DNA of 64,000 bases, from the NCBI GenBank assembly GCA_049975265.1, contig JBNGDF010000008.1, positions 47,528 through 111,527 of the forward strand. Reading direction: 5' to 3'. Shown here one piece after another: positions 1-8,469 of the stretch. Source of the DNA: Fidelibacterota bacterium. Lineage in GTDB: Bacteria > Fidelibacterota > UBA2242. The notes beneath the pieces were generated by a model, which was not told where the DNA came from, did not search any database, and saw only the letters and a program-made list of their open reading frames with translations. The translations under genes and the position numbers were made by a program. Position 1 is the stretch's first letter. The number at the start of each line of letters is the position of its first letter.

Positions 1-1764
1 AGCTTTATCATCAAAACGCCTTTCTGGAAAACCGGCTGGGCGATTCTGCTCTATGTAATCGGGTTAATCGGAATTGTTTATGGAATCAATGTGTACACCC
101 TGAATCTGGTACGTGCCCGGCATGATCTGAAAATCGAACGGATGGAGAAGGAACAGGTTCAGAAGTTGAACAAATTCAAACTGCAATTTTTTACCGATGT
201 AGCGCATGAACTCAAGGCTCCGTTGACCCTGATTCAGGCGCCGCTGGATGAGATTTTGCATTCGGGCAGAAAAAATCTACCCTATAAAAAAGAGTTGCAG
301 TTAATGTATCGTAATGTAAAATACCTGACCCGGCTGGTCTATCAGTTGCTGACCTTTCGGCGGGCTGAGCAGAAACGCATGACTCTGAAGGCTTCGCAGG
401 GTGACCTGATTCAGTTCGCCCGGGAGGTGTTCGAACTCTTTGCCGAAAGTGCCAGAAAGCACCATATCGATTATCGCTTTGAGGCGCAGGTGTCACCGCT
501 CAACGGCTGGTTCGATTGGGAAAAGCTGGAAGAGATACTCATCAACATCATCGATAACGCCTTCAAATATACGCCGGATAACGGGCGTATTTGTGTGAAA
601 ATCGCGCCGGACGACGACGCCCCGGACAGCTGGGTAGAGATCAGTGTCAAGGACAGTGGGGTCGGAATCAGTGCCAAAAATCTGGAACATCTTTTTGAAC
701 GGTTTTATTATGCCGGCAACGGACAACATACCAGCCGGCTCAGTTCCGGATTGGGTCTGGCGCTGACCAAACGGCTGGTGGAGCTGCATCACGGGAGGAT
801 CCTCGTTGAGAGTCAGGAGGGCTGCGGAAGCACCTTCCGGATACAATTGCCCGTGAGTCGTGAAAAGTTGAGCGATGATGAGATTATCACCGATATTTCG
901 GAGACAGCTCATTTTCACCGGATTGTGGAAGCGGGCAGTGAGGATCCGGTGGTATCGGAAGATACGGTGGAAAAGACGGCGGACTCCAAAGACGTCGCCG
1001 AGCGACCGCTGGTGTTGCTCGTTGAAGATGACAGTGAGCTGCGGGCGTACCTGCGTAAATCGTTATCTCAGAAATACCGTATCGCGGAAGCACGGGATGG
1101 CGCCAAGGGCTTTGAGAAGGCGAGAATGCTGGTGCCGAACATCATTATCAGCGATGTCATCATGCCGAATCTTGATGGGATTGAGATGTGCCGGCGGCTC
1201 AAAGATGAAATTACCACCAGCCATATTCCGATTATTCTGTTGACGGCGAAGGCGACCATCGAGGCAAAAATCCAGGGAATTGAAACCGGTGCTGACGATT
1301 ATATTGAAAAACCTTTCCATTTCCGCTTTCTGAATGCCCGCATCAAGAATATTCTGAAATCCCGGGAGAAATTGCGGGAGCGCTACCGCAAGGAGCTGAT
1401 TCTTGAGCCGGAAGAGGTCTCGGTGACCTCGACGGACGAAAAGCTGTTGATGAGTATCCGCAAACTCGTGGAAGCGCGCCTGGACGATCCGACTCTGGAG
1501 GTCGGACATCTTGCCGTTGAAACCGGTTTGAGCCGCACGAACCTGTTCATCAAGCTGAAAGCGCTGACCGGTTATTCGCCCGGGGAGTTCATCAGAACCA
1601 TCCGTCTGGAAAAAGCCGCCCAGTATCTGGAGAAGAGCGATATGACCGTCAGCGAGATCGCCTACGCCGTGGGATTCAAATATCCCAAATATTTCAGTAC
1701 CTGCTTCCATCAGTATTTCGGTCGGACACCTTCCGAATACCGGGAGCAGGTGGAAATTCGGTAA
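1..1764 (+). CDS. Hybrid two-component sensor kinase / response regulator with AraC HTH (5'-truncated by window edge)
   Basis: Frame 1 is open from base 1 (SFIIKTPFWKTGWAILLY... TM helix). HisKA (FFTDVAHELKAPLTLI), HATPase (NAFKYT, DSGVGI, GLGLAL), receiver (LLVEDD...SDVIMP...LTAK) and AraC HTH (SEIAYAVGFKYPKYFSTCF) follow. Confidence 0.95.
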   Translation, partial: SFIIKTPFWKTGWAILLYVIGLIGIVYGINVYTLNLVRARHDLKIERMEKEQVQKLNKFKLQFFTDVAHELKAPLTLIQAPLDEILHSGRKNLPYKKELQLMYRNVKYLTRLVYQLLTFRRAEQKRMTLKASQGDLIQFAREVFELFAESARKHHIDYRFEAQVSPLNGWFDWEKLEEILINIIDNAFKYTPDNGRICVKIAPDDDAPDSWVEISVKDSGVGISAKNLEHLFERFYYAGNGQHTSRLSSGLGLALTKRLVELHHGRILVESQEGCGSTFRIQLPVSREKLSDDEIITDISETAHFHRIVEAGSEDPVVSEDTVEKTADSKDVAERPLVLLVEDDSELRAYLRKSLSQKYRIAEARDGAKGFEKARMLVPNIIISDVIMPNLDGIEMCRRLKDEITTSHIPIILLTAKATIEAKIQGIETGADDYIEKPFHFRFLNARIKNILKSREKLRERYRKELILEPEEVSVTSTDEKLLMSIRKLVEARLDDPTLEVGHLAVETGLSRTNLFIKLKALTGYSPGEFIRTIRLEKAAQYLEKSDMTVSEIAYAVGFKYPKYFSTCFHQYFGRTPSEYREQVEIR

Positions 1765-1786
1765 TCCGCATAACATATATCAATCA

Positions 1787-1818
1787 CAGAACATAATTGA
1801 ACCATTTCTGAACGCAAT
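1787..1818 (+). promoter_or_regulatory. Candidate activator site for the hybrid two-component regulator (direct repeat, 21-bp period)
   Basis: CAGAACATAAT (1787) and CTGAACGCAAT (1808) lie 21 bp apart, with a third GAAC at 1799, just upstream of a -35 box. Confidence 0.45.
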
Positions 1819-1822
1819 CGGA

Positions 1823-1851
1823 TTGACACGGGGGGGCGTTATCCGTATTTT
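1823..1851 (+). promoter_or_regulatory. Sigma70-type promoter of the pectin locus
   Basis: TTGACA (1823-1828), 17 bp spacer, TATTTT (1846-1851); GGAGG RBS before ATG 1895. Confidence 0.6.
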
Positions 1852-1894
1852 CAAACAGGATGTAAAGAAATAAAATAAGCGGAGGATTGTCGGT

Positions 1895-3265
1895 ATGAAA
1901 AAAATGTTACTATGTCTGAGTGTTCTTTTTGCGGCGGGTACGCTGCTGTATTCGCAGATATTTGTTCCACCCGGCGAGGGTACTCTCCATCAGGCTCTGG
2001 CTGATGCTGCCGACGGTGATGTTTTTCAGCTGGCGCCCGGTGAGACCTATACCGAAACCGGCTATACGGAGTTTGGCAATATTGTCGGGATGGATATCGC
2101 CATCGAAGTTGATGGCGACGGTTCGGAAAAGGCGGTTGTAAAGATGCAGACTGAGCGTGAGGGTGAAGAGACCATTGCCTTTTTTAATGTTGGTGATCAA
2201 GCCTCACTGACCCTGCGGGGTGTCGAATTCGACGGCGCCTTAAACGATCTTCCCAATGCCAATTATCTGGTTACCTTTACAATGGGAGAGGAGCCCACAC
2301 CGATTCTGGTTAAAAAGATAACAGTTGAAAACTGCTATATCCACAATCTGGTGGACGATGTAATCGCCGCCGGTAACGGTGATATGAAGTATAATGTGGT
2401 CGTGGATTCCACGATCGTTGATAATGTCGTTATCACGAATACCTGCACCTCGATTTATTACAAATATGCCGGGGCAAATTTTATCTCCCTGACCAATTCG
2501 ACCATCCACAACATCAACAGCTACGGTCTGCGGATCGCCGGTCCGGTGGAGAGCGGTCTGCCGGATAATACGCCCGTCGTCGTGATTGATCATACGACCT
2601 GGTATAAAATCGGGGTCGGCGACGATCAGCGCGAGACGATTCAGGGTGAGAAGGGACCTTTGCTGAATCCCTGGACGGTTTCGAATTCGATTTTTGTTGA
2701 TCAGGTAAATAAAGACCGGACTTTTATTAATATTAAGGATAATCCCGGTCCTGGTGAAGAGAATGACTATCTGTCAACCATTGCCAGTATCTGTTTCTGG
2801 GATATCGGACAGGTGAATTTCAGGAGCCACACGGTGATGGATACATTGCGGATGGATCCGGGTTTTGCCGATCCTGATAACGGGGATTTTACCCTGCCGG
2901 CGCATTCACCACTCTTTTCTTTGGGGACGGATGGTGGTCCCATCGGTGATCCCCGCTGGTATATCGGGGTTTATGCGATTGAAGATGATGTTCCGGTGGT
3001 CAGGTCTTTTGCATTGCATCAGAACTATCCGAATCCCTTTAATCCGGTGACGCAAATTTCCTTTGACTTGGCAAAATCGGGCTGGACAACGCTGGCGGTC
3101 TATGATTTGATGGGACGCGAGCTGGCGGTGATTGCCTCTGAAAACATGCGTCCCGGGAGTTATGAATACCGTTTTGATGCCAGCGGTTTGAGCTCGGGGG
3201 TCTATTTTTACCGGCTCAGTACCGCCGGTCAGACACTCACCAGGAAGATGATGTACCTTGAATAG
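1895..3265 (+). CDS. Secreted beta-helix protein (DUF4957/DUF5123-like) with T9SS type-A-like CTD; possible pectin-binding protein
   Basis: Signal peptide, beta-helix-like repeats (ITVENCYIHN, ISLTNSTIHN, VIDHTTWY), GDFTL...GPIGDPRW motif, C-terminal QNYPNPFNP...SGVYFYRL...KMMYLE. Confidence 0.7.
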   Translation: MKKMLLCLSVLFAAGTLLYSQIFVPPGEGTLHQALADAADGDVFQLAPGETYTETGYTEFGNIVGMDIAIEVDGDGSEKAVVKMQTEREGEETIAFFNVGDQASLTLRGVEFDGALNDLPNANYLVTFTMGEEPTPILVKKITVENCYIHNLVDDVIAAGNGDMKYNVVVDSTIVDNVVITNTCTSIYYKYAGANFISLTNSTIHNINSYGLRIAGPVESGLPDNTPVVVIDHTTWYKIGVGDDQRETIQGEKGPLLNPWTVSNSIFVDQVNKDRTFINIKDNPGPGEENDYLSTIASICFWDIGQVNFRSHTVMDTLRMDPGFADPDNGDFTLPAHSPLFSLGTDGGPIGDPRWYIGVYAIEDDVPVVRSFALHQNYPNPFNPVTQISFDLAKSGWTTLAVYDLMGRELAVIASENMRPGSYEYRFDASGLSSGVYFYRLSTAGQTLTRKMMYLE

Positions 3266-3309
3266 AATCATTCTTTCTCCTTTGGTTTCTCCTTTTCTGA
3301 AAGGTTTGG

Positions 3310-3342
3310 GCGTCCCGGCTAATGGTCTCATTGCCGGGACGC
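3310..3342 (+). other. Intergenic GC-rich stem-loop without U-tract (mRNA stabiliser or attenuator)
   Basis: GCGTCCCGGC (3310-3319) is the reverse complement of GCCGGGACGC (3333-3342); inner AATG/CATT can also pair. Confidence 0.6.
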
Positions 3343-3410
3343 ACAGACCAATTCCCGAGGCGGGAAATAGCGGGCTGGCTGAATAATTTTATGAATGGAT
3401 GTAAACGGAT

Positions 3411-5096
3411 TTGAGACTACGAAAATTTATTAAATACGGGCTGTTTTGCGGAGTGGGAATAAGTATGGTTGTGATCGTTGACGGCAAACCGCTGGCGTTC
3501 CCGACAGCTGAGGGTGCCGGTCGTTATACCATCGGCGGCAGGGGCGGTGTTGTTTACGAGGTGACCAATCTGAATGACAGCGGTCCGGGCAGTCTGCGGG
3601 AGGCGGTGGAAGCCTACGGCCCCCGTACCGTGGTGTTTCGGGTATCCGGGACAATCCAGTTGGAAAGTGAGCTGAAAATCGGCAATGCCTATATCACTAT
3701 CGCCGGACAGACGGCGCCCGGAGACGGCATCTGTCTGCGGGACTATCCGGTCAGAATCGACGCTCATAATGTTATTATCCGGTACATGCGCTTCCGGTTG
3801 GGTGATGAAACACCGGATGGTGGCGATCACGATGCTCTCTGGAGCCGTTACCGCTGGAATATCATCCTCGACCACTGTTCTGCCAGCTGGAGCGTGGATG
3901 AGACTATGTCGATTTATGGGACCGACAGTCTGACGATTCAGTGGTGCCTGATTTCCGAAAGTCTTTACATGTCCCATCATGAAAAAGGTGCTCACGGTTA
4001 CGGCGGCATCTGGGGCGGCAGGGATGTTAGTTTTCATCATAACCTTTTTGCCCACCATTCCAGCCGGACGCCCCGTTTTGCCGGTGGCGAGACGCCGGTT
4101 TGTGTCAATGTCGATTTCCGGAACAATGTGATTTATAACTGGGGTTTTAATAATATTTACGGCGGTGAAGGGGGCACCATCAATATTGTTGCCAATTACT
4201 ACAAACCCGGACCTGCAACCAAGTCCAATGTCCATGACCGGATTTTCGATCCCACGGGAAGCGAGGGGCGGTATTACATTGTTGATAACTATATGGACGG
4301 ATATCCCGATATAACAGCGGACAATTGGAGCGGAGTCGATGGAAGTTATGCCTATGCACCGGAAATTAAATCGGATTCCGCATTTCCGGCGGTGGCGCTT
4401 GAATGGCAGCCGGCGGAAGAGGCTTACGAACTGGTACTGGACAATGCGGGTGCCACCTTTCCCGTACGGGACACGGTGGACAAACGGGTCATTCGTGATG
4501 TTCGCAACGGTACAGCCACCTTTGATGGCTATTACTATGAGATCAAACAGGGTTTTAGCGATACAAGCGTAGTGCGGGGGATTATTGATTCTCAAAATGA
4601 TGTCGGTGGTTGGCCCGCCCTGCAGAGCCTTGAAGCGCCTCTGGACAGCGATCATGACGGTATGCCTGATCTGTGGGAGGTGTCGCAGCTGCTCGATCCT
4701 GACGATCCGGAGGACCGCAATCGAACCGATGAAAAGGGGTATACCGCATTGGAAAATTATCTGAACAGCATCGTCGACGAGTATGTCAGCAGCATGGCGG
4801 CAGAAGCCGCCCTTCCGGCAGGATTTCAGGTGGGTCAAAATTATCCCAATCCCTTCAATCCGACGACAACGCTGCAGTTCTTCGTGCCCAAATCCGGGAA
4901 CATGTCGATCATGGTTTACGATCTCGCCGGACAGCGAGTGAAAAATCTCTACACCGGATTCTGTCCAGGTGGCTATCATTCGGTTCGCTGGCAGGGAGAT
5001 AATGACCGGGGTTATGCGGTTTCCAGCGGAGTCTATTTAGCTGTGTTCAGATTTAACAGAGTACAGGAAGTCATCAAGATGCAGTTGATGCGTTAA
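3411..5096 (+). CDS. Pectate lyase, PL1 (AFPGAEG-type), with CTD
   Basis: LAFPTAEGAGRYTIGGRGG, VTNLNDSGPGSLREA, TIAGQTAPGDGI, ILDHCSASWSVDE, HHSSRTPRF, DSDHDGMPDLWE; C-terminal QNYPNPFNP domain. Confidence 0.9.
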   Translation: MRLRKFIKYGLFCGVGISMVVIVDGKPLAFPTAEGAGRYTIGGRGGVVYEVTNLNDSGPGSLREAVEAYGPRTVVFRVSGTIQLESELKIGNAYITIAGQTAPGDGICLRDYPVRIDAHNVIIRYMRFRLGDETPDGGDHDALWSRYRWNIILDHCSASWSVDETMSIYGTDSLTIQWCLISESLYMSHHEKGAHGYGGIWGGRDVSFHHNLFAHHSSRTPRFAGGETPVCVNVDFRNNVIYNWGFNNIYGGEGGTINIVANYYKPGPATKSNVHDRIFDPTGSEGRYYIVDNYMDGYPDITADNWSGVDGSYAYAPEIKSDSAFPAVALEWQPAEEAYELVLDNAGATFPVRDTVDKRVIRDVRNGTATFDGYYYEIKQGFSDTSVVRGIIDSQNDVGGWPALQSLEAPLDSDHDGMPDLWEVSQLLDPDDPEDRNRTDEKGYTALENYLNSIVDEYVSSMAAEAALPAGFQVGQNYPNPFNPTTTLQFFVPKSGNMSIMVYDLAGQRVKNLYTGFCPGGYHSVRWQGDNDRGYAVSSGVYLAVFRFNRVQEVIKMQLMR

Positions 5097-5169
5097 TACA
5101 GCGGACGATATGAACGCAATGAGTTATATGACATATAATCAAAACAGTCAACGATTTTCAGGAGAGGCG

Positions 5170-8100
5170 ATGTTGCGTAGACAATATATGGCGGGTGGTA
5201 TTCGCTATATTCTGATTGTGATGCTTTTGATGGGTTTTACAATGACCTTTGCCCAGACCCGCAGCCGGATCGGCGGCACCGTCCGCGATGCCAAAACGGG
5301 GAGACCGCTGGTCGGCGTCAATGTCATTGTGGAAGGTACGGAACTGGGTGCCGCCACTGATGAGAACGGACAATACATTATTATCAATGTGCCGGTGGGA
5401 ACCTACCGGGTTCGGGCGTCTATGATCGGATACGAGACTATGGTCATGAAAGAGGTGCTGGTTTCGGCGGAGCGGATGACGAAGCTGGATTTTCATCTGG
5501 TTCAAACCGTCATTGAGGGCAGTGTCGTCGAAGTGACGGCAACCCGCCACGTGCTGCACAAGGAGGTTTCCAGTACCCAGATGGTGGTTACGACGGAACA
5601 GATGCAGGATGCTTCAGGCATTCGGGAGATCAATGCTTTTTTGTCGAAAATGCCCGGTGTGTCCGAGGAGAACGGCTATCTGACGATTCGCGGCGGCTCC
5701 GCCGATCAGACCGGCATGATGATGAACGGTATTTCCTATATGAACGCCGCCGCCGGCAATGCCGAAACCAGCATCCCCATGAGTGCGATAGAGCAGGTTG
5801 CGTTGCTCTCGGGCGGTTATAATGCCGAGTACGGAAATTTTCGCTCCGGACTGATCAATGTTACCACGAAATCAGGGACGAAAGACAGTTATCACGGTAC
5901 GGTATCCTATTCCCGGGACCAACCCCATATCCGGCGGTTCGGTGGTTCCTTTTATGATCAATCATGTCCGGCTGTGGCGCCCTATATTGATCCGGAACAG
6001 TGTATGGATATGTGGATCAAAGCCGCCAATAATTTTAATCTGAGCAATCCGAAATATCCGGCGAATGCCACCGATTATTTCTATCTCGCCAACTGGATGC
6101 ACATGACGATTCCCGATTATGAGGGGCTGGCAGCGCTTTCCGATTCCGTGAAAGAGGTGATTGGTTATTATGAACTGACCGATGAGCAGAAAAAGGCGTT
6201 TAAAGAGCACCACATGAAGGAGGAGTATTCGGACTGGAATCTGGATGGCGGATTCGGGGGTCCGTTGCCTTTTGTCGGCAAAGCGCTGGGTGATGCGACC
6301 TTTTATATTTCCCATAATTCCAAGGAACGCCACTACATCCAGCCGGTCTCCCGGAAAAGCGATCTGCTCTCCACGACACTCCTGACCCTGAAAATGCAGC
6401 CGCTGAACAACCTGACCCTGACTCTAAACGGTTTGTATAAGCACCAGATCGGAGTCAGTCCGATCCGACCGCCCTGGGGCGATTTCCCCGATGCCAGTCG
6501 GGAGGGTGGCTTTATGCCCCAGGACAACCTCAAATTTTTCACCCGTACCCAAAATCCTGACTATTTTTACGACCCGCCTTTCTTTCCGAAAATCGAGCAG
6601 AAAACCCTGGTGGGCGGAATTACCATCAATCATATTTTGAACAAATCAACTTTTTGGGAATTGAGTCTGAATGGCTCACAGATTCGCGATTTTTCGGAAG
6701 TTGGCAATACCCGTGATTCCACGGTCATCACCCATTTCGGACCCTTTCCGGTGACCGAGATGCCCTACGGAAAACTTCAGTATGGCAATAACCGGATAAT
6801 CGGAATTTTCGGTGAGGACACCCTGAATTATAACTATCCCTCCTATGACGCGCTGCCTGGAGTCACCAACCGTCGTTTCCGGCGCAAGGAGGGGGACCTG
6901 TATACCAATGTCAAGCTACATCAATACCGGGCGAAATTCGACCTGAATTCCCAGATCGGAATGGTGCATTATCTGAAAGCGGGGCTGGAGTACAATCTGT
7001 TTATCCTCAATCATAATCTCTGGAATAAATGGAATGAGAATTATTATAACGTTTACGAATATAACTACTACAGAAAACCGAGTCAGACGGGACTATACTT
7101 TCAGGATCAGATCACCCTGGAGTCTATCGTAGCCAATCTGGGTGTTCGTTTTGATTATTACTATGGCGGCGGCGGTGAGTGGCCTACCGGTGATCCCTTT
7201 AACGAAGAGATGTTTCTGCCCCAGAAGGTCGCCGAAGATACCGTCCTCTTCCGATATCTGGAGGAGGGCAGATCCTACATCTGGGACCTCTGGGAAGCCT
7301 ATGACGATTCGGTGGATCCCGGTTTTCTGCAACCAATCAAAAATCACTTTACCATCAGTCCCCGGATTGGAATCTCCTTTCCCATTACGGAGAATTCGAA
7401 ATTCTATTTCAATTACGGACATTTTCGCTCCAATCCGCCCTACTATTCCATGTATCTCTATCGGTATCGGTATGATAAAAACGGGCTCTACGATATGTCC
7501 AATCCCAATCTCGATCCGCCGCGGACGATTTCCTATGAGCTGGGCGTGATGTACAATTTCTGGAAAAGCTGGCTTCTGAAAATTTCAGGATATTCCAAGG
7601 ATGTGACCGGACAGCACGGGGAGGTCACCTACAAGACCAATCGCTTGGATTATGATATGTGGGTGAACAATGAATACGAAGACATTCAAGGGATGGAGAT
7701 CAATCTTTCCAAAAGCGATAACAGCTGGCTGACGGGCTGGATAAATTTCAACTATATGCTGAAAAAAGAGGGGCTCACCGGCAAAGAGGAAATCACCGAA
7801 ATCACCCTGGACAATTATGCCGAGGACCTGTATCAGGGACAGGAAAGCCGGGCGTTGCCGCAACCGAAACTGAATGCCAACATCACCTTTCGCTCGCCGG
7901 AAAAGTGGGGCCCCGCCATCGGTCGCTTTTACCCGCTGGGCAGTCTCAGTCTGACACTGTTTGGTGAATGGGAAGCTGGCGACTATTTTACGGCAAATCC
8001 AACCGGCATACCGAACCTGAACAATAATATGCAATGGCCGGATTACTACATGGTTGATCTCAAAGCCGCCAAAAAGATCAGGTTCGGTAAGGTCACCTCC

Positions 8101-8424
8101 ACGATTTTTGTCGATGTCAGCAACTTTTTCAATTTCAAGGTCAGCCTGATGCACAGGGGGTACTGTTTTGCCAAGGATTCCGGTGATGATTTTGAAGATT
8201 GGCAGGACTTTCTGAATTATATCAAGACTCTGCATCTGCCGGACTGGGCATCCTCGGAATATGACAATGTCCGCAACGAAGAGGCAGGGTACTATATCCC
8301 CGGTAATGATAAAATCGGTGAACTCCGGTCTGAGAAAAAACCGTATATAGATGATCCGAATTATAGCTGCTGGATTTACGGACAGCCGCGGGATATCTGG
8401 GTCGGTATCCGGTTTGATTTTTAG
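5170..8424 (+). CDS. TonB-dependent receptor with N-terminal carboxypeptidase-regulatory-like domain
   Basis: GGAGAGG RBS before ATG 5170; signal peptide; IGGTVRDAKTGRPLVGVNVIVEGT; plug (IRGG, LSGGYNAEYG...GLINVTTKSG); barrel motifs (YFQDQI, NLGVRFDY, ISPRIGISFPI, FNYGHF, NPNLDPPRTISYELG); C-terminal Phe. Confidence 0.9.
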   Translation: MLRRQYMAGGIRYILIVMLLMGFTMTFAQTRSRIGGTVRDAKTGRPLVGVNVIVEGTELGAATDENGQYIIINVPVGTYRVRASMIGYETMVMKEVLVSAERMTKLDFHLVQTVIEGSVVEVTATRHVLHKEVSSTQMVVTTEQMQDASGIREINAFLSKMPGVSEENGYLTIRGGSADQTGMMMNGISYMNAAAGNAETSIPMSAIEQVALLSGGYNAEYGNFRSGLINVTTKSGTKDSYHGTVSYSRDQPHIRRFGGSFYDQSCPAVAPYIDPEQCMDMWIKAANNFNLSNPKYPANATDYFYLANWMHMTIPDYEGLAALSDSVKEVIGYYELTDEQKKAFKEHHMKEEYSDWNLDGGFGGPLPFVGKALGDATFYISHNSKERHYIQPVSRKSDLLSTTLLTLKMQPLNNLTLTLNGLYKHQIGVSPIRPPWGDFPDASREGGFMPQDNLKFFTRTQNPDYFYDPPFFPKIEQKTLVGGITINHILNKSTFWELSLNGSQIRDFSEVGNTRDSTVITHFGPFPVTEMPYGKLQYGNNRIIGIFGEDTLNYNYPSYDALPGVTNRRFRRKEGDLYTNVKLHQYRAKFDLNSQIGMVHYLKAGLEYNLFILNHNLWNKWNENYYNVYEYNYYRKPSQTGLYFQDQITLESIVANLGVRFDYYYGGGGEWPTGDPFNEEMFLPQKVAEDTVLFRYLEEGRSYIWDLWEAYDDSVDPGFLQPIKNHFTISPRIGISFPITENSKFYFNYGHFRSNPPYYSMYLYRYRYDKNGLYDMSNPNLDPPRTISYELGVMYNFWKSWLLKISGYSKDVTGQHGEVTYKTNRLDYDMWVNNEYEDIQGMEINLSKSDNSWLTGWINFNYMLKKEGLTGKEEITEITLDNYAEDLYQGQESRALPQPKLNANITFRSPEKWGPAIGRFYPLGSLSLTLFGEWEAGDYFTANPTGIPNLNNNMQWPDYYMVDLKAAKKIRFGKVTSTIFVDVSNFFNFKVSLMHRGYCFAKDSGDDFEDWQDFLNYIKTLHLPDWASSEYDNVRNEEAGYYIPGNDKIGELRSEKKPYIDDPNYSCWIYGQPRDIWVGIRFDF

Positions 8425-8469
8425 CAAAGGAAAGAACATGACCGCCAATCATAAAGATATGGAGAGTTC

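Noticed and set aside
1830..1836. G7 tract as a confirmed phase-variation switch
   Set aside because: Too short to call without read-level length variation; kept only as a side note.
3417..4979. 520-aa antisense ORF, and similar long ones such as 7585-8448, 18361-19332 and 35290-36420
   Set aside because: They are shadows of well-supported plus-strand genes, with no recognisable motifs.
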